A DNA stretch of 53,467 nucleotides from Candidatus Omnitrophica bacterium CG11_big_fil_rev_8_21_14_0_20_64_10 (GCA_002787095.1 PCVW01000063.1:15608-69074); one strand, 5' to 3'. Shown: positions 19,335-34,034, counted from the stretch's first letter. The notes: generated from the sequence alone by a model not told the origin. A program made the numbers and translations.

Positions 19335-19978
19335 GACGCAGACTCCTCCGCACGGCCGCCCAGCGCCTTGACCGCGCCGGCCGTCAGCACCAGTTGGGGG
19401 GCCGCCAGCACATCGTAGCAGTTGAGCTCCGCGGCGCTGCGGACTGAAACCCCCGGAATGTTCCGGGCAATCCGGACCAGCGTCGGGTCATGTTTCTCCA
19501 CGACCAGAAGAACCCCGCCGGTCACCGAAAGGGACTTCAGGACCGAGGCCAACGCCTTGGTTTTTGGTTCCAATTCCTCGAGACGGTCCACGATCCGAAG
19601 CCGCTCGGCCTCCAATTTCTGCTTCAGCCCCTCGCTCAGCGCCTGCCGCCGAACGGTCTGAGACAGCGCGATCCGGTAATCCTTCGGCGTCGGGCCGAAG
19701 ACCACCCCGCCCCCCCGCCACTGGGGGGCCCGGATCGAACCCTGCCGGGCCCGGCCGGTGTGCTTCTGCTTCCAGGGCTTTCTCCCGCCGCCGGAGACCT
19801 CGCCCCGGTCTTTGGTCTTCACGGTCCCCTGGCGCCGGTTGGTCCGGTACATCCGAACCGCCTGCCACAGCAGGGCGGTGTTCACCTCTCCCTCCCATCC
19901 CTTCGGAAGGGACTGCTTTCCGACCACCTTGCCGGAACGATCCAAGATATCCATCTGCTTGAGCGCCACGGGGGTCAA
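19331..19978 (-). CDS. rplD: 50S ribosomal protein uL4
   Basis: 215 aa. Contains KDRGEVSGGGRKPWKQKHTGRARQGSIRAPQWRGGG. The start at 19978 is TTG overlapping the rplC stop; an alternative ATG lies at 19954. Confidence 0.9.
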   Translation of the reverse strand: MTPVALKQMDILDRSGKVVGKQSLPKGWEGEVNTALLWQAVRMYRTNRRQGTVKTKDRGEVSGGGRKPWKQKHTGRARQGSIRAPQWRGGGVVFGPTPKDYRIALSQTVRRQALSEGLKQKLEAERLRIVDRLEELEPKTKALASVLKSLSVTGGVLLVVEKHDPTLVRIARNIPGVSVRSAAELNCYDVLAAPQLVLTAGAVKALGGRAEESAS

Positions 19979-20808
19979 CCCTTCTTTTCCTCTTTCTTCT
20001 CAGCCTGCGAACCCTTCTTCTCGGCCTTTGCGTCCTTCTTTTCCGGCTTGGCCTCCTTCTTCTCGGCCTTGCCTTCCTTGGCCTCCCCCTTCCCCTTCTT
20101 CGAAGCGGGAGCGGCGGCCGCCTTCTTCTGCCGCCGGGACTTGACGATCGTCACCACCGACCGATCCGAGCCGGGCACCGCCCCGCGGACCAACAGAAGG
20201 TGGTTCTCGAGATCCACCTGAATCACTTCCAAGTTCTGAATAGTGGTCCGCTCCCCCCCCATCCGGCCCGGCAGATGGTGCCCCTTGTAAACCCGGGAGG
20301 GCTCGGAACTGGAGCCGATCGATCCCGGCGCCCGGTGGGACATCGAACCGTGGGTCGCCGGCCCCCCGCGCCAGTTCCAGCGGGCCATCCCTCCCTGGAA
20401 CCCCTTGCCGATCGAGACGCCGCTGACATCCACCCGGTCTCCCGGCTTGAACAGCTCAACGGTCACGGTGGCTCCCGGAGCAAGCATTTCGGCCGCCGGC
20501 TTCTCGCCCGAAGCAGCCGGCTTCCCGGGCGCGGCGGCGAGCCGGGGGAGCCGAAACTCCCGGACAACCTGCTTCGGAGACACCTGGGCCTTCTTGAACT
20601 GTCCAAGGACCGGCTTGGCCACCCGCTTCTCCGGCCGCTCCCCGAAACCCAGCTGGACCGCCGGATAACCGTCCCCCTCGACCGACTTGACGCGGACCAC
20701 CGAGCAAGGACCGGCCTCCAGGACGGTGACCGCGACCGGCCGGCCATCCTCCCGAAACATCTGGGTCATCCCCAGCTTTCTGCCGATGAGCCCCACGCCG
20801 AGCCGCAT
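19975..20808 (-). CDS. rplC: 50S ribosomal protein uL3 with K/E/A-rich C-terminal tail
   Basis: ATG at 20808 ([18 protein letters not shown]) is 1 nt after the rpsJ stop and is preferred over 20826. The tail reads ...[41 protein letters not shown]. Confidence 0.9.
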   Translation of the reverse strand: MRLGVGLIGRKLGMTQMFREDGRPVAVTVLEAGPCSVVRVKSVEGDGYPAVQLGFGERPEKRVAKPVLGQFKKAQVSPKQVVREFRLPRLAAAPGKPAASGEKPAAEMLAPGATVTVELFKPGDRVDVSGVSIGKGFQGGMARWNWRGGPATHGSMSHRAPGSIGSSSEPSRVYKGHHLPGRMGGERTTIQNLEVIQVDLENHLLLVRGAVPGSDRSVVTIVKSRRQKKAAAAPASKKGKGEAKEGKAEKKEAKPEKKDAKAEKKGSQAEKKEEKKG

Positions 20809-20809
20809 G

Positions 20810-21117
20810 TTACTTGATCTCCACATCCACGCCGGCCGGCAGATCGAGCTTCCGCAGCGCGTCGATCGTTCGGGCGGTCGGATTCAGGATGTCCAGCAAA
20901 CGCTTGTGCGTCTTGATCTGGAACTGCTCCCGCGACTTCTTGTCGACATGCGGCGAACGAAGCACCGTGTAAATCTCCCGCTTGGTCGGCAGCGGAACCG
21001 GACCGGCAACCTCCGCCCCCGTCCGCTTGGCCGACTCCACAATCTCAATCGTGGAGCGGTCCAGTATCCGGTGATCGTATGCCTTCAGCTTGATTCGAAT
21101 CTTTCTCTGTTCTTCGG

Positions 21118-21121
<4 letters not shown>
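20810..21121 (-). CDS. rpsJ: 30S ribosomal protein uS10
   Basis: 103 aa. Contains [16 protein letters not shown]. Its ATG overlaps the fusA stop (ATGA). Confidence 0.95.
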
Positions 21122-23226
<2,105 letters not shown>

Positions 23227-23232
23227 GAGACC

Positions 23233-23703
23233 TTACCATCGGTAGTGGCTGAAAGCTTTGTTCGCTTCGGCCATGCGGTGCAGATCCTCTTTCTTCTTCA
23301 CCGCCGAACCCTGCGATTGATAGGCGGCGGCCAGTTCGTCGGCGAGCCGCTGGGACATCGGGCCGCCGGCCTTGCCGCGGGCGAAATCCCGAATCCAGCG
23401 CATCGCCAAAAAAATCCCCCGGTCCTGACGCACCTCGATCGGAACCTGATAGGTGGCCCCGCCGACCCGGCGGGACTTCACCTCCACCAGCGGACGGACA
23501 TTCTCAAGCGCCTTGGTGAACAGGTCGAGCGGGTTTTCCACCTTCGCCTTTGTGCTGGCGGCATCCATCGCCTGATAGACGATCCGCTCGGCGGTGGACT
23601 TCTTGCCCCGCTCCATCAGCATGTTGATGAACTTCTGAACCTGCCGCGACCGAAACCGGGCGTCGGGTGCGGTGACCCGCTTAACGATGGCTCTGCGTCT
23701 CAC
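23233..23703 (-). CDS. rpsG: 30S ribosomal protein uS7
   Basis: Track ORF trimmed to GTG 23703-23701, 4 nt after the rpsL stop. Gives (M)RRRAIVKRVTAPDARFRSRQVQKFINMLMERGKKSTAE, 156 aa. Confidence 0.9.
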   Translation of the reverse strand: MRRRAIVKRVTAPDARFRSRQVQKFINMLMERGKKSTAERIVYQAMDAASTKAKVENPLDLFTKALENVRPLVEVKSRRVGGATYQVPIEVRQDRGIFLAMRWIRDFARGKAGGPMSQRLADELAAAYQSQGSAVKKKEDLHRMAEANKAFSHYRW

Positions 23704-23707
23704 CCCA

Positions 23708-24085
23708 TCACTCCTTCGGCCGCTTGGCGCCGTACTTGGACCGCGACTTGCGCCGGTTGTTGACGCCGGCAGTATCCAAGGTTCCCCGAACAATGTGGTA
23801 CCGCACGCCCGGCAAATCCTTGACCCGGCCGCCGCGGACCAGAACGATCGAATGTTCCTGCAGGTTGTGCCCCTCGCCCGGGATGTAGCCGGTGACCTCG
23901 ACGCCGTTGGTCAGACGCACGCGGGCGATCTTCCGGAGGGCCGAATTCGGCTTCTTCGGGGTCATCGTCTTGACCTGCAGACAAACCCCCCGCACCTGCG
24001 GCCGATTCATCAGGGCCGGCGACTTCGACCGCTTGGTTTTCGACTGCCGCCCCTTCCGGATCAGCTGCGAAATCGTCGGGCACAT
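23708..24085 (-). CDS. rpsL: 30S ribosomal protein uS12
   Basis: 125 aa. Contains [13 protein letters not shown]...[10 protein letters not shown]. Its ATG shares 1 nt with the rpoC stop (TGATG). Confidence 0.95.
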   Translation of the reverse strand: MCPTISQLIRKGRQSKTKRSKSPALMNRPQVRGVCLQVKTMTPKKPNSALRKIARVRLTNGVEVTGYIPGEGHNLQEHSIVLVRGGRVKDLPGVRYHIVRGTLDTAGVNNRRKSRSKYGAKRPKE

Positions 24086-27000
24086 CAGGCGACTCCTTCC
24101 GGCTTGGCCGGCAACTCAGCCGAAAGCTCCGGAAAAGCCGGCAGCACCGGCTCCCCGAGCTTCTCCGACGCCACCGCCTGGTGTTCCGGCGAACCGGTCC
24201 CCACCGGGATCAGATGCCCCATGATCACATTCTCCTTGAGCCCCAGCAGATCATCCCGCCGGCCGGAAAAAGCCGCCTCGGTCAGCACCCGGGTCGTCTC
24301 CTGGAAACTGGCGGCCGAAATGAAACTTTCGGTCGAGAGGGAGGCCTTCGTGATCCCCAGAAGCAGCTGCGTCGCCTGAGCCGGCTTGCCCCCCTTCTTG
24401 GCAACCCGCTGATTCTCCTTGATGAAGACCGACTTGTCCACCTGCGCTCCGACCAGGAACTCGGTGTCTCCCGGATCGTCCACCCGCAGCTTGCGCAGCA
24501 TCTGCCGGACGATCACCTCAATGTGTTTGTCGTTGATCTTGACCCCCTGGAGGCGGTAGACCTCCTGAATCTCGTTGAGCAGGTATTCCTGCAGCCGCTT
24601 GTCCCCGCCGATCCGCAGGATGTCCTGCGGGACGACCGGACCGTCCACGAGCGGCTCGCCGGCGGTCACCCAGTCCCCCTTGTAGACATTCAGGTGCTTG
24701 CCGTGCGGAATCAGGTATTCCCGCTTCATGCCGGTCGGGCTCTTGACGATGACCCGCCGCAGCCCCTTCTTGGCCTCGCCGAACTCGACGACGCCGTCGA
24801 TTTCGCTGATGATTGCCGGGTCCTTCGGCCGGCGGGCCTCGAACAGCTCGGCCACCCGCGGCAGACCGCCGGTGATGTCCTTGGTCTTGCTGAGCATCCG
24901 GGGGGTCTTGGCCAGCAGGTCGCCGGCGGCCACCTTCTGACCATCCTTGACGACGACATGAGCGCCGGCCGGAATCGGATAGATCGCCGCCACCTCCCCC
25001 TGCGCGTCCTCCAGCACCAGCTGGGGATGGAACTCCCCGCGGTGCTCCATCACAACCCGCTCCGGCAAGCCGGTCGCCGGGTCAATATCGGTCCGGACCG
25101 TGACCCCTTCCTTCATGTCCTCATAGCGGACCTTGCCGGGGATTTCGGTCAGGATCGGGACCGTGTAGGGATCCCACCGCAGGAAGATCTCGTCCTTGCC
25201 GATCTTGTCTCCATCGGCGTACTTCAACGTCGCGCCGGAGGGAACGACATGCCGCTCCAGCTCCCGGCCGTCCGGATCGTTGATCGAGATCTGGCCGTTG
25301 CGGTTGACGACGACGAAGCCCTTGTCCTTCGGAACGATCCGGAGGTTGTGGTGCTTGACGATCCCCTTGTGCTTCGACTTGATCTGAGAGGTCTCGACGA
25401 CCCGGAAGGCGGTCCCTCCGATGTGGAAAGTCCGCATCGTCAGCTGGGTCCCCGGCTCGCCGATCGACTGGGCCGCGACGATGCCGACCGCCTCTCCCAT
25501 ATCCACGAGCTTCCCCGCGGCGAGATTCCGTCCGTAGCAGAGAACGCAGACGCCCCGCTCCGACTCGCAGGTCAGCACCGAACGGATCCGGATTTTCTCG
25601 ATGCCGGCGCTCTCAACCTTCTCCGCGATCTCTTCGGTGATCTCCTGACCGGCCTCCACGATCGTCGTATCGGTGATGACATCCACGATGTTATCCAGCA
25701 CGACCCGGCCGATGATCCGCTCCGCCAGGGAGACAACCACCTCGTCCCCCTCCACGATCGCCGAGACGATGACTCCGTTGAGGGTCCCGCAATCCTGCTC
25801 CTGGATTGAGACATCCTGCGCGACATCCACGAGCCGCCGGGTCAGGTACCCCGAGTCGGCGGTCTTCAGTGCGGTGTCGGCCAACCCCTTGCGGGCGCCG
25901 TGGGTCGAGATGAAATACTCCAGCACGCTCAACCCTTCGCGGAAGTTGGAGGTGATCGGGCTCTCGATGATTTCCCCGGACGGCTTGGCCATCAGCCCCC
26001 GCATCCCGGCCAGCTGTCGGATCTGCTGCTTCGAGCCCCGCGCGCCGGAATCGGCCATCATGAAGACCGGGTTGTCCGGTGTCATTTCGGTGAAGATCAA
26101 GTCGGAGACCCTGTCGGTCGCGTGCGTCCAGATGTCAATGACCTTGTTGTACCGCTCACCGTCGGTGATCAACCCCTTGCGGTACTGGTCCTGCACCGAG
26201 GCCACTTCCTCCTTGGCGGCCTTGATGATCCCTTCCTTCTCGGTCGGGATCTGGAGGTTGTCGATCGCGATCGAAAGCCCCCCCCGGGTCGCCGTCTCGA
26301 AACCAAGCGTCTTGAGATCATCCAGCAACTGGACGGTCCGGGTATGCCCGTACTTCTTGTAGACCTGGACGATCAACTGACCGAGCGACCCCTTGTTCAT
26401 TGTGTCGTTGACGAACGGAAAATCGGTCGGGAAGACGGTGTTGAACAGGACCCGCCCCGGGGTCGTCTCAATGATCTTCCCCTGCTCCATCAGTTGGACC
26501 GTAGCGTGCCAATCCACCTCCTCTTCATCGGCCGCCAGGAGCGCATCCTCCCGTTGAGCAAACGAAGCCCCTTCACCCATGCGCTTGCCGGGGAATTTCC
26601 GGGTCAGGTAGTGCGCCCCCAGCACGATGTCCTGGGTCGGGGTGATGATCGGCTGCCCGTTGGCCGGGGAAAAGATGTTGCTGGTCGCCATCATCAACAA
26701 CCGGGCCTCCATCTGGGCCTCGATCGAGAGCGGGATATGAACCGCCATCTGGTCCCCATCGAAGTCCGCGTTGAAGGCGGTGCAGACCAGCGGATGGATC
26801 TTGATCGCCTTCCCCTCGATCAGGACCGGCTCAAACGCCTGGATCCCGAGCCGGTGAAGGGTCGGCGCCCGGTTGAGCATCACTGGATGGTCTCGGATGA
26901 CCTCTTCCAGGATGTCCCACACCTCCAGCCGGGCCCGCTCGACCATCCGCTTGGCCGACTTGATCGTGTGGACGAAGCCCCGTTCCCGAAGCTTCTTGAT

Positions 27001-28218
27001 GATGAACGGCTCAAAGAGCTCCAGCGCCATCTTCTTGGGCAACCCGCACTGGTTGAGCTTCAGTTCCGGACCGATGACAATGACCGAGCGGCCGGAATAG
27101 TCGACCCGTTTCCCGAGCAGGTTCTGCCGGAAGCGCCCCTGCTTTCCCTTAAGCATATCGGCCATGGACTTCAGCGGCCGGTTGCCCGGGCCCAGCACCG
27201 GCCGGCCGTGCCGACCGTTGTCGAAGAGGGCGTCCACCGACTCCTGCAGCATCCGGCGTTCGTTCCGGACGATCACATCCGGAGCCTTCAGTTCAATCAG
27301 CTTCTTGAGCCGGTTGTTCCGGTTGATCACCCGGCGGTACAGGTCGTTGAGGTCGCTGGTCGCAAAGCGGCCGCCGTCCAACGGCACCAACGGCCGCAAG
27401 TCGGGCGGAATCACCGGGACCGCTGAGAGGATCATCGCCTCCGGATCGTTGCCCGACTTTCGGAGACTGTCGGCCATCCGGAGCATCTTGATCAGCTTCT
27501 TCTGGGCCTGCTCCCCCTTGGCGGTCTTCATGTCCCGCTTGCACTTCTCGACCACCTTCCCAAGGTCCACATCGTTCAGCAGGATCTGCACCGCCTCGGC
27601 TCCCATCCGGGCCTCAAAACTGTGCCCAAACTTCTTGAGGGCCTCCTGATACCGCTCTTCCGAAAGAAGTTCCTTCTTCTTCAGGGTCGTGTCGCCCGGA
27701 TCGGTGACGACATACTCCTCATAGTAGACGACCCGCTCCAAGTCCCGCAGGTTGATGTCCAACAAGGTCCCGAGCCGGCTCGGGATCGCCTTGAAGAACC
27801 AAATGTGGACGACCGGCGTCGCCAGATCGATGTGGCCCATCCGTTCCCGGCGGACCGAAGAGCGGGTGATCTCGACGCCGCAGCGGTCGCAGACGATCCC
27901 CTTGTACTTGACCCCCTTGTACTTGCCGCAGGGGCACTCCCAGTCCCGGGTCGGCCCGAAGATCCGCTCGCAGAACAGCCCGTCCTTTTCCGGCTTCAGG
28001 GTCCGGTAGTTGATCGTCTCCGGCTTCTTGACCTCGCCGCGGGACCAACCCCGAATCACCTCAGCACTGGCCAGGCGGATCGTGATCGCATCGAACGCGG
28101 CCCCTTCACCGGCAGCCCCGTCGGGACCCCAGCCGAGGTCCCGAACCGCCTTCTCGACCCGCTCCAGCGAGCTCTTCTCGTCCTTCAACCGGGATTTCTC
28201 AGCGATCTTTTCAGCCAT
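24085..28218 (-). CDS. rpoC: DNA-directed RNA polymerase subunit beta'
   Basis: ATG at 28218 (MAEKIAEK...) overlaps the rpoB end by 8 nt and is preferred over the track start at 28284. Contains the zinc motif CPCGKYK...CDRCGVE and the catalytic NADFDGDQM. Confidence 0.95.
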   Translation of the reverse strand: MAEKIAEKSRLKDEKSSLERVEKAVRDLGWGPDGAAGEGAAFDAITIRLASAEVIRGWSRGEVKKPETINYRTLKPEKDGLFCERIFGPTRDWECPCGKYKGVKYKGIVCDRCGVEITRSSVRRERMGHIDLATPVVHIWFFKAIPSRLGTLLDINLRDLERVVYYEEYVVTDPGDTTLKKKELLSEERYQEALKKFGHSFEARMGAEAVQILLNDVDLGKVVEKCKRDMKTAKGEQAQKKLIKMLRMADSLRKSGNDPEAMILSAVPVIPPDLRPLVPLDGGRFATSDLNDLYRRVINRNNRLKKLIELKAPDVIVRNERRMLQESVDALFDNGRHGRPVLGPGNRPLKSMADMLKGKQGRFRQNLLGKRVDYSGRSVIVIGPELKLNQCGLPKKMALELFEPFIIKKLRERGFVHTIKSAKRMVERARLEVWDILEEVIRDHPVMLNRAPTLHRLGIQAFEPVLIEGKAIKIHPLVCTAFNADFDGDQMAVHIPLSIEAQMEARLLMMATSNIFSPANGQPIITPTQDIVLGAHYLTRKFPGKRMGEGASFAQREDALLAADEEEVDWHATVQLMEQGKIIETTPGRVLFNTVFPTDFPFVNDTMNKGSLGQLIVQVYKKYGHTRTVQLLDDLKTLGFETATRGGLSIAIDNLQIPTEKEGIIKAAKEEVASVQDQYRKGLITDGERYNKVIDIWTHATDRVSDLIFTEMTPDNPVFMMADSGARGSKQQIRQLAGMRGLMAKPSGEIIESPITSNFREGLSVLEYFISTHGARKGLADTALKTADSGYLTRRLVDVAQDVSIQEQDCGTLNGVIVSAIVEGDEVVVSLAERIIGRVVLDNIVDVITDTTIVEAGQEITEEIAEKVESAGIEKIRIRSVLTCESERGVCVLCYGRNLAAGKLVDMGEAVGIVAAQSIGEPGTQLTMRTFHIGGTAFRVVETSQIKSKHKGIVKHHNLRIVPKDKGFVVVNRNGQISINDPDGRELERHVVPSGATLKYADGDKIGKDEIFLRWDPYTVPILTEIPGKVRYEDMKEGVTVRTDIDPATGLPERVVMEHRGEFHPQLVLEDAQGEVAAIYPIPAGAHVVVKDGQKVAAGDLLAKTPRMLSKTKDITGGLPRVAELFEARRPKDPAIISEIDGVVEFGEAKKGLRRVIVKSPTGMKREYLIPHGKHLNVYKGDWVTAGEPLVDGPVVPQDILRIGGDKRLQEYLLNEIQEVYRLQGVKINDKHIEVIVRQMLRKLRVDDPGDTEFLVGAQVDKSVFIKENQRVAKKGGKPAQATQLLLGITKASLSTESFISAASFQETTRVLTEAAFSGRRDDLLGLKENVIMGHLIPVGTGSPEHQAVASEKLGEPVLPAFPELSAELPAKPEGVA

Positions 28219-31200
28219 TGGAGGATCCGTTCTTTTCGGTTCGAATGTCCAGACAAAGCGATTGCAGCTCCTTGACGAGCACATTGAAGGACTCCGGCGT
28301 ACCGGGCTTCAGCGCGTGCTCCCCCTTGACGATCGATTCGTAGATGCGTGTCCGCCCGACCACATCGTCGGACTTGACGGTCAAAAGCTCCTGCAGGATG
28401 TAGGCCGCGCCGTACGCCTCCAGCGCCCACACCTCCATCTCCCCGAACCGCTGACCGCCGAACTGGGCCTTGCCGCCAAGCGGCTGCTGAGTCACCAGCG
28501 AGTAGGGACCAATCGATCGGGCATGGATCTTGTCGTCCACCAGGTGGATCAGCTTCATCATGTAGATGTAGCCGACCGCCACCTTCTGATCGAACGGCCG
28601 GCCGGTCAATCCGTCCCGAAGCGTTACCCGGCCGTCCTCCGGAAGGCTCGCCTGCTTCATCAGTTCCTTGATCTGCGATTCCTCGGCGCCGTCGAAGACC
28701 GGGGTCGCCATCCGCAATCCCAAGGCCTGCGCGGCCCACCCCAAATGGGTCTCCAGAATCTGTCCAACATTCATCCGGGAGGGAACCCCCAGGGGATTCA
28801 AGACGATGTCCACCGGCGTGCCGTCCGGCAGGAACGGCATGTCCTCCTCCGGAAGGATCTTGGCGATCACCCCCTTGTTCCCATGGCGGCCGGCCACCTT
28901 GTCGCCGACCTGGACCTTCCGCTTGGAAGCGGCATAAACGACCACCTTTTTGAGCACCCCGGGCGGAAGCTCATCGCCCCGCTTCAGCTGCTCGACCTCC
29001 CGCTCCTGCTCGTAGGCCAACTCCTCCATTTGATCGTCCAGGACCCGGAGGGCCCGCTTGATCTCGTCCCCCCGCTCCTTGTCCTGGACCCGGAGATCCT
29101 CCAGGTCGGCCCGCTCCAGCTTCGCGATATCCTTGGCCCGAACCACGGCTCCCTTCGAGAAAAGGGAGGCGCCGGTTTCCTCATCCACCAGCGCCTGCTC
29201 CAGCTTCTGGCCGGTCAAGAGCCGGTCCAGGGTCTTCATTCGCTCCTTATGGACCGACTGCATCTGGACCTGATATTCCTTGTAGATCTCGTCAACCTTC
29301 GCCTGCTCGGCCGCCTGCTCTTCCTTCGTGCGGGGGCGGGCCTTCTTACGGTTGAAGACTTTGACATCCACGATCACCCCCTCAACGCCCGGGGGCACCG
29401 TGAGGCTCGCATCCCGGACATCGCCGGCCTTCTCACCGAAGATCGCCCGCAGCAGCCGCTCTTCGGGGGATTGCTCGGTCTCCGACTTCGGGATCACCTT
29501 GCCAACCAGGATGTCCCCCGGCCGAACCTCGGCTCCAAGCCGGACGATCCCCTGCTCATCGAGATCCTTGAGGGCCTCCTCGCCGACATTCGGGATGTCC
29601 CGGGTGATCTCTTCGTTGCCCAGCCGGGTGTCCCGCGCCTCAATCTCGAACTCCTCGATATGGATCGAGGTGAAGATATCCTCCTTGACGAGCCGTTCGC
29701 TGACCAGGATCGCGTCCTCAAAGTTGTAGCCCCGCCACGGCATGAAGGCCACCAGAAGGTTCCGGCCCAGCGCCAGCAGCCCGTCCTGCGTCGCCGAACC
29801 ATCGGCCAGCACATCCCCCGCCTTGACCTTCTGCCCGACCTGAACCAGCGGCCGTTGGTTGATGCTGGTATTGGCGTTCGAGCGGCGGAATTTCTTCAGA
29901 TCGTAAACGGTCCGGTCCACGACGATCCGGTCGGCCTGGACCTCCCGGACGATTCCGGCAGCCTGCGCCGTCACGACCGCGCCGGAGTCCTTGGCCGCCC
30001 GCCCCTCCATACCGGTGCCGATGAACGGCGCCTCCGGAAAGAGCAACGGCACCGCCTGCCGCTGCATGTTGGACCCCATGAGGGCCCGATTCGCGTCATC
30101 GTGCTCGAGGAAAGGAATGAGGGAGGCAGCAACGGAGACCAACTGCTTCGGGGAAACATCTTTGAAGTGAATGTCGTTCGGGTTCATCAGGGGGAAGTCG
30201 CCGCGATGGCGGCAACGAACCAGCTTGTCGAGGAAGCGCCCCTGGTCGCTCAAACGAGCGTTGGCCTGCGCGATCACATACTTGTCCTCGGTGTCGGCGG
30301 CCAGGAACTGCGGCTTCTCGACCACCCGCCCCTTGTCGACGCTCCAGTAGGGAGTCTCGATGAAACCGAACTCATTGATGCAGGCGTATGTGGACAGGGA
30401 GGCGATCAAACCGATGTTCGGACCTTCCGGCGTCTCAATCGGGCAGATCCGGCCGTAATGGGAATGGTGCACATCCCGCACCTCGAAACCGGCCCGCTTC
30501 CGGGAAAGCCCCCCCGGACCCAGGGCCGACAACCGGCGCTTGTGGGTCAACTCCGCGAGCGGATTCGTCTGGTCGAGGAACTGGGACAGCTGCGACCGCC
30601 CGAAGAAGTCCCGGACCAGTCCGGAAACCAGCTTGGCGTTGACCAACTGGTGCGGCAGCGTGGCAGACAAGTCGAAGATCCCCATTCGCTCCCGGACCGA
30701 CCGCTCGACCCGGGCAAAGGCGATCCGGAACTGGTTCTGCAGCAGCTCTCCGACCGACCGAACCCGGCGGGAACCCAGATGATCGATGTCGTCCACCTCC
30801 CCCTGCCCGCCCTTCAGCTGCAGGAGGTACTTGAGGACAGCCAGGATTGTCTTGGGATCCACGACCCGGTCTTCGAGCTTGCCTTCCAGGCCCAACTTCC
30901 GATTGATGATGTACCGGCCGACCCGGCCCAGGTCGTATCGCTTGGGATCGAAATAAAGGCGGTGCAACAGGTTCTGAGCCGAAGCCAGCGTCGCCGGGTC
31001 ACCGGGCCGCAGCTTACGGAACAGGTCCATGACGGAGTCGTCCACATTGCGGAGCCGGTCCTTCTCGAAGGTCTTGAGGATTTCCGGAACCCGGTTTTTG
31101 AGCACCTTGATTTCCCGGATCTCGGAATTCCAAACCATGTTGAGCTGCTCCTTCTCGAGCGTTTGGAACCGGGAGAGGAGCACCCCCTGCGTCTGGGGAT

Positions 31201-31906
31201 CAATCAGGTCCACCGCGAGGATCCGGCCGGCCGCCGCTTTCACATCGGAGAACTCGTGCGCCTTGATCGTCTCCACGCCGCAGAAGGCCTCCAGAATCTC
31301 CTCGTCGGTTCCGGCCCCGATGGCCCGCAGGAAGGTGGTCACGAGCACCTTCCGTTTGCGGTCAATCACCGCGTGCAAAACATCGGAGAGGTCGAACTCG
31401 AACTCCAGCCAAGCCCCCCGGTACGGAATGACCCGGGCGGTGTACATCCGCTTGCCGTTGGGATGAACCCCTTCCTCGAAGAAGGCCCCGGGCGAGCGGT
31501 GCAGCTGGGAGACGACGACCCGCTCATCCCCGTTGATGATGAAGGTGCCGGTCCGGGTCATCAGCGGGATGTCCCCGAGATAAACCTCCTGCTCCTTCAT
31601 CCCCTTCGGGCCCCGCAGGCGAAGCTTCACGCTCAGCGGCGCGGCGTAGGTCAAACCGCGGCGCTGGGCCTCGGGCAGGTCATACTTCGGCTTGCCGATC
31701 GTGTAATGGAGGAACTCCAGGTGGTGCGATCCGTCGGGGCTCTCAATGGGGAACACCTCATTGAAAACCTCCTGCAGGCCGGTATTCTTCCGGCGCGTCC
31801 GGGGAACGTCCCGCTGGAGAAACTCCTCGAACGGCTGAACCTGGATCTCCAGGAGATCCTGCATGTCAAACCGTTCGGAGATCGTGCCGAAGTGGCGGGT
31901 CTTCAT
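28211..31906 (-). CDS. rpoB: DNA-directed RNA polymerase subunit beta
   Basis: 1231 aa. Contains GRHGNKGV and [16 protein letters not shown]. Its ATG overlaps the rplL stop (ATGA). Confidence 0.95.
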   Translation of the reverse strand: MKTRHFGTISERFDMQDLLEIQVQPFEEFLQRDVPRTRRKNTGLQEVFNEVFPIESPDGSHHLEFLHYTIGKPKYDLPEAQRRGLTYAAPLSVKLRLRGPKGMKEQEVYLGDIPLMTRTGTFIINGDERVVVSQLHRSPGAFFEEGVHPNGKRMYTARVIPYRGAWLEFEFDLSDVLHAVIDRKRKVLVTTFLRAIGAGTDEEILEAFCGVETIKAHEFSDVKAAAGRILAVDLIDPQTQGVLLSRFQTLEKEQLNMVWNSEIREIKVLKNRVPEILKTFEKDRLRNVDDSVMDLFRKLRPGDPATLASAQNLLHRLYFDPKRYDLGRVGRYIINRKLGLEGKLEDRVVDPKTILAVLKYLLQLKGGQGEVDDIDHLGSRRVRSVGELLQNQFRIAFARVERSVRERMGIFDLSATLPHQLVNAKLVSGLVRDFFGRSQLSQFLDQTNPLAELTHKRRLSALGPGGLSRKRAGFEVRDVHHSHYGRICPIETPEGPNIGLIASLSTYACINEFGFIETPYWSVDKGRVVEKPQFLAADTEDKYVIAQANARLSDQGRFLDKLVRCRHRGDFPLMNPNDIHFKDVSPKQLVSVAASLIPFLEHDDANRALMGSNMQRQAVPLLFPEAPFIGTGMEGRAAKDSGAVVTAQAAGIVREVQADRIVVDRTVYDLKKFRRSNANTSINQRPLVQVGQKVKAGDVLADGSATQDGLLALGRNLLVAFMPWRGYNFEDAILVSERLVKEDIFTSIHIEEFEIEARDTRLGNEEITRDIPNVGEEALKDLDEQGIVRLGAEVRPGDILVGKVIPKSETEQSPEERLLRAIFGEKAGDVRDASLTVPPGVEGVIVDVKVFNRKKARPRTKEEQAAEQAKVDEIYKEYQVQMQSVHKERMKTLDRLLTGQKLEQALVDEETGASLFSKGAVVRAKDIAKLERADLEDLRVQDKERGDEIKRALRVLDDQMEELAYEQEREVEQLKRGDELPPGVLKKVVVYAASKRKVQVGDKVAGRHGNKGVIAKILPEEDMPFLPDGTPVDIVLNPLGVPSRMNVGQILETHLGWAAQALGLRMATPVFDGAEESQIKELMKQASLPEDGRVTLRDGLTGRPFDQKVAVGYIYMMKLIHLVDDKIHARSIGPYSLVTQQPLGGKAQFGGQRFGEMEVWALEAYGAAYILQELLTVKSDDVVGRTRIYESIVKGEHALKPGTPESFNVLVKELQSLCLDIRTEKNGSSNG

Positions 31907-32340
31907 TTAAGTTCGACCTTCGCTCCCGCCTTTTCCAGCTTCTCCTTGATCGTGTTGGCCTCCTCCTTCGTGGCCCCGGTCTTCACCGGCTTGGGCGCCG
32001 AGTCGACCAGATCCTTGGCCTCCTTGAGACCCAGCGTGGTGACCACGCGCAGTTCCTTGATCACCTGGATCTTATTGGCCCCGACCTCCTTGAGGATCAC
32101 GTCAAAGGAATCCTTTTCCTCAGCCGCCGCCCCGCCCGCCGCAGCGGCACCGCCGCCGGCGGCCACCGCAACCGGAGCGGCCGCGGTCACGCCGAACTTC
32201 TCCTCGAGCGCCTTGACGAGCTGGGACAGTTCCAGCACCGTCATCTTCTCGATGGATTCGATCAGCTTGCTGGACTTCTCCGACAACGGAGCGCCCTTCT
32301 CCCCAGCCGCCTTCGCCTCTTCCTTCACTTCCGTCGACAT
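31903..32340 (-). CDS. rplL: 50S ribosomal protein bL12 (L7/L12)
   Basis: 145 aa with an A/G-rich hinge and C-terminal domain [26 protein letters not shown]. Confidence 0.95.
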   Translation of the reverse strand: MSTEVKEEAKAAGEKGAPLSEKSSKLIESIEKMTVLELSQLVKALEEKFGVTAAAPVAVAAGGGAAAAGGAAAEEKDSFDVILKEVGANKIQVIKELRVVTTLGLKEAKDLVDSAPKPVKTGATKEEANTIKEKLEKAGAKVELK

Positions 32341-32341
32341 C

Positions 32342-32902
32342 TCAAACCCCCTTCTGTTTTTCCGCGATCTGATGAAGCACCTGAACCAAATTTCGCTGAA
32401 GCCCGTTCAGGACCCCGACCAAACCGGCCAGCGGCCCCTGAATGGCTCCCACCACCTTGCTCAACAAGATCTCCCGGGAGGGGATCCTACTCAGCTCCAG
32501 CACCCCCTGGGCGTCCAGCACCTGTCCACTGAGGAGCCCGCCCTGAAGGACGAATCCCTCGTGATCCTTTGCGAAGGCGGCCAGCAGCCTGCAGACCGCC
32601 GCCGGGTCTCCCGTCACCGGGGTCACCCCGCAGGTCCCATCGAGCATCCCTTCCAGCCCCGAGAAGCCCATCTTCTTGAAGACCACGCGGCAGAGGGAGT
32701 TCTTGACCACGATCATCGAGACCGAGATCCCCTCCAAGTCCCGCCGCAGCCGGTTGAGGTCCTGCGCGGTGACCCGCTCTGCCTTCGAGACCACCAGCGA
32801 ATCGACGCCGGAGAGACGCTGTTCCAGGTCCCGGGTCAGTCCCTGGCGGACCTGCTGCCCGACCCGAAGCGGCTTGACCGCCTGAGCAGAAGCGGCGGCC
32901 AT
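32342..32902 (-). CDS. rplJ: 50S ribosomal protein uL10
   Basis: Track ORF trimmed to ATG 32902, 2 nt after the rplA stop; 186 aa. Position between rplA and rplL; contains [20 protein letters not shown]. Confidence 0.85.
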   Translation of the reverse strand: MAAASAQAVKPLRVGQQVRQGLTRDLEQRLSGVDSLVVSKAERVTAQDLNRLRRDLEGISVSMIVVKNSLCRVVFKKMGFSGLEGMLDGTCGVTPVTGDPAAVCRLLAAFAKDHEGFVLQGGLLSGQVLDAQGVLELSRIPSREILLSKVVGAIQGPLAGLVGVLNGLQRNLVQVLHQIAEKQKGV

Positions 32903-32904
32903 GA

Positions 32905-33609
32905 TCACGCCTCCACCTTCCCTTGGCGGGCGTCGAGCCGGATCCCCGGCCCCATCGTCGTCGAAAGGGAAATGGAGCGGATGTAGCGGCCCTTGGCCGT
33001 CGCCGGCTTGGCCCGCCAAATCGCCTCCAAGAGCGTCAATCCGTTCTCCTGCAGCGCCTTCTCGGAGAAAGAGCGCTTCCCAATCCCCAAATGAATGTCC
33101 CCCTGCTTGTCCAGCTTGAATTCCACCTTGCCGGCCTTGACCTCCTTGACCGCGCGAGCGACATCCGGCGTCACAGTGCCAGCCTTGGGAGAAGGCATCA
33201 GCCCCCGGGGGCCCAACACCTTCCCCAGCTTCCCCAATTCCCGCATCAGATCGGGAACCGAGATCGCGACATCGAAGTCGGTCCATCCCTTCTGAACCCT
33301 CTCAATCAGCTCTTCGGCCCCGACCTCATCGGCGCCCGCCGCCTTGGCGGCTTCCTGCGCCTGAAGACTCTTGGCGAAGACGACCACCCGCAGGGTCTTT
33401 CCGGTCCCATGCGGCAGCACGACCGTCCCCCGGACCATCTGATCCGCCTGCTTGGGATCCACATCGGTCGAGATCGCCACCTCGACGGTCTCGTCGAACT
33501 GGGCCGCCGGACTCTGCTTCAGCAGGACAACCGCCTCCGCCAGGGAGTGGGCCTTGCCCGGCGTCACCAAGGCGGCAGCCGCCTTCTTCCGCTTGGTCAC
33601 CCGGCTCAT
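32905..33609 (-). CDS. rplA: 50S ribosomal protein uL1
   Basis: 234 aa. Contains [34 protein letters not shown]. Its ATG overlaps the rplK stop. Confidence 0.95.
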   Translation of the reverse strand: MSRVTKRKKAAAALVTPGKAHSLAEAVVLLKQSPAAQFDETVEVAISTDVDPKQADQMVRGTVVLPHGTGKTLRVVVFAKSLQAQEAAKAAGADEVGAEELIERVQKGWTDFDVAISVPDLMRELGKLGKVLGPRGLMPSPKAGTVTPDVARAVKEVKAGKVEFKLDKQGDIHLGIGKRSFSEKALQENGLTLLEAIWRAKPATAKGRYIRSISLSTTMGPGIRLDARQGKVEA

Positions 33610-34031
33610 CCTTCCACCTCGATCCCCATCGAACGGGCGGTGCCGGCCACCTGCCTGACCGCCTCTTCGAGCCGGGTCGTGTTCAAGTCCTTCATCTTGG
33701 TCTTGGCGATCTCCTGCAGTTGGGCCTTCGTCACCTTCCCGACCTTGTCCCGGTTGGGGACGCCGGAGGCCTTCGCGATGCTGCAGGCCTGCTTGAGCAG
33801 CACCGAAGCCGGCGGGGACTTAATGATGAAGGTGAAGGACCGATCCTCGAAAGCCGTGATCACGACCGGGAGCACCAGCCCCTGGCGGTCCTGCGTCTGG
33901 GCGTTGAACGCCTTGCAGAACTCCATGATGTTCAAGCCATGGGAACCCAGCGCGGGACCCACCGGCGGGGCCGGATTGGCCTGCCCCCCCGGGCAATGCA
34001 GCTTGATCAACGCCTTCACCTTTTTCGCCAT
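33606..34031 (-). CDS. rplK: 50S ribosomal protein uL11
   Basis: 141 aa. Contains [30 protein letters not shown]. Confidence 0.95.
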   Translation of the reverse strand: MAKKVKALIKLHCPGGQANPAPPVGPALGSHGLNIMEFCKAFNAQTQDRQGLVLPVVITAFEDRSFTFIIKSPPASVLLKQACSIAKASGVPNRDKVGKVTKAQLQEIAKTKMKDLNTTRLEEAVRQVAGTARSMGIEVEG

Positions 34032-34034
34032 GGC

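Noticed and set aside
24085-31906. Possible inteins or large insertions in rpoB, rpoC, fusA, ftsH or secY
   Set aside because: Lengths are ordinary (1231, 1377, 702, 661 and 448 aa). I saw no Cys/Ser...HN splice-junction blocks interrupting conserved motifs.
28010-32986. Very long plus-strand ORFs, for example 28010-32986 (1658 aa), 21196-23763 (855 aa), 10575-12689 (704 aa), 3104-4720, 24181-25809, 25900-27426 and 39799-41100
   Set aside because: They run antisense to clearly conserved genes (rpoB, fusA, secY, icd, rpoC, ftsH). They are R/P/G/H/D-rich with no motifs. This is the usual stop-codon-poor antisense frame of GC-rich coding DNA.
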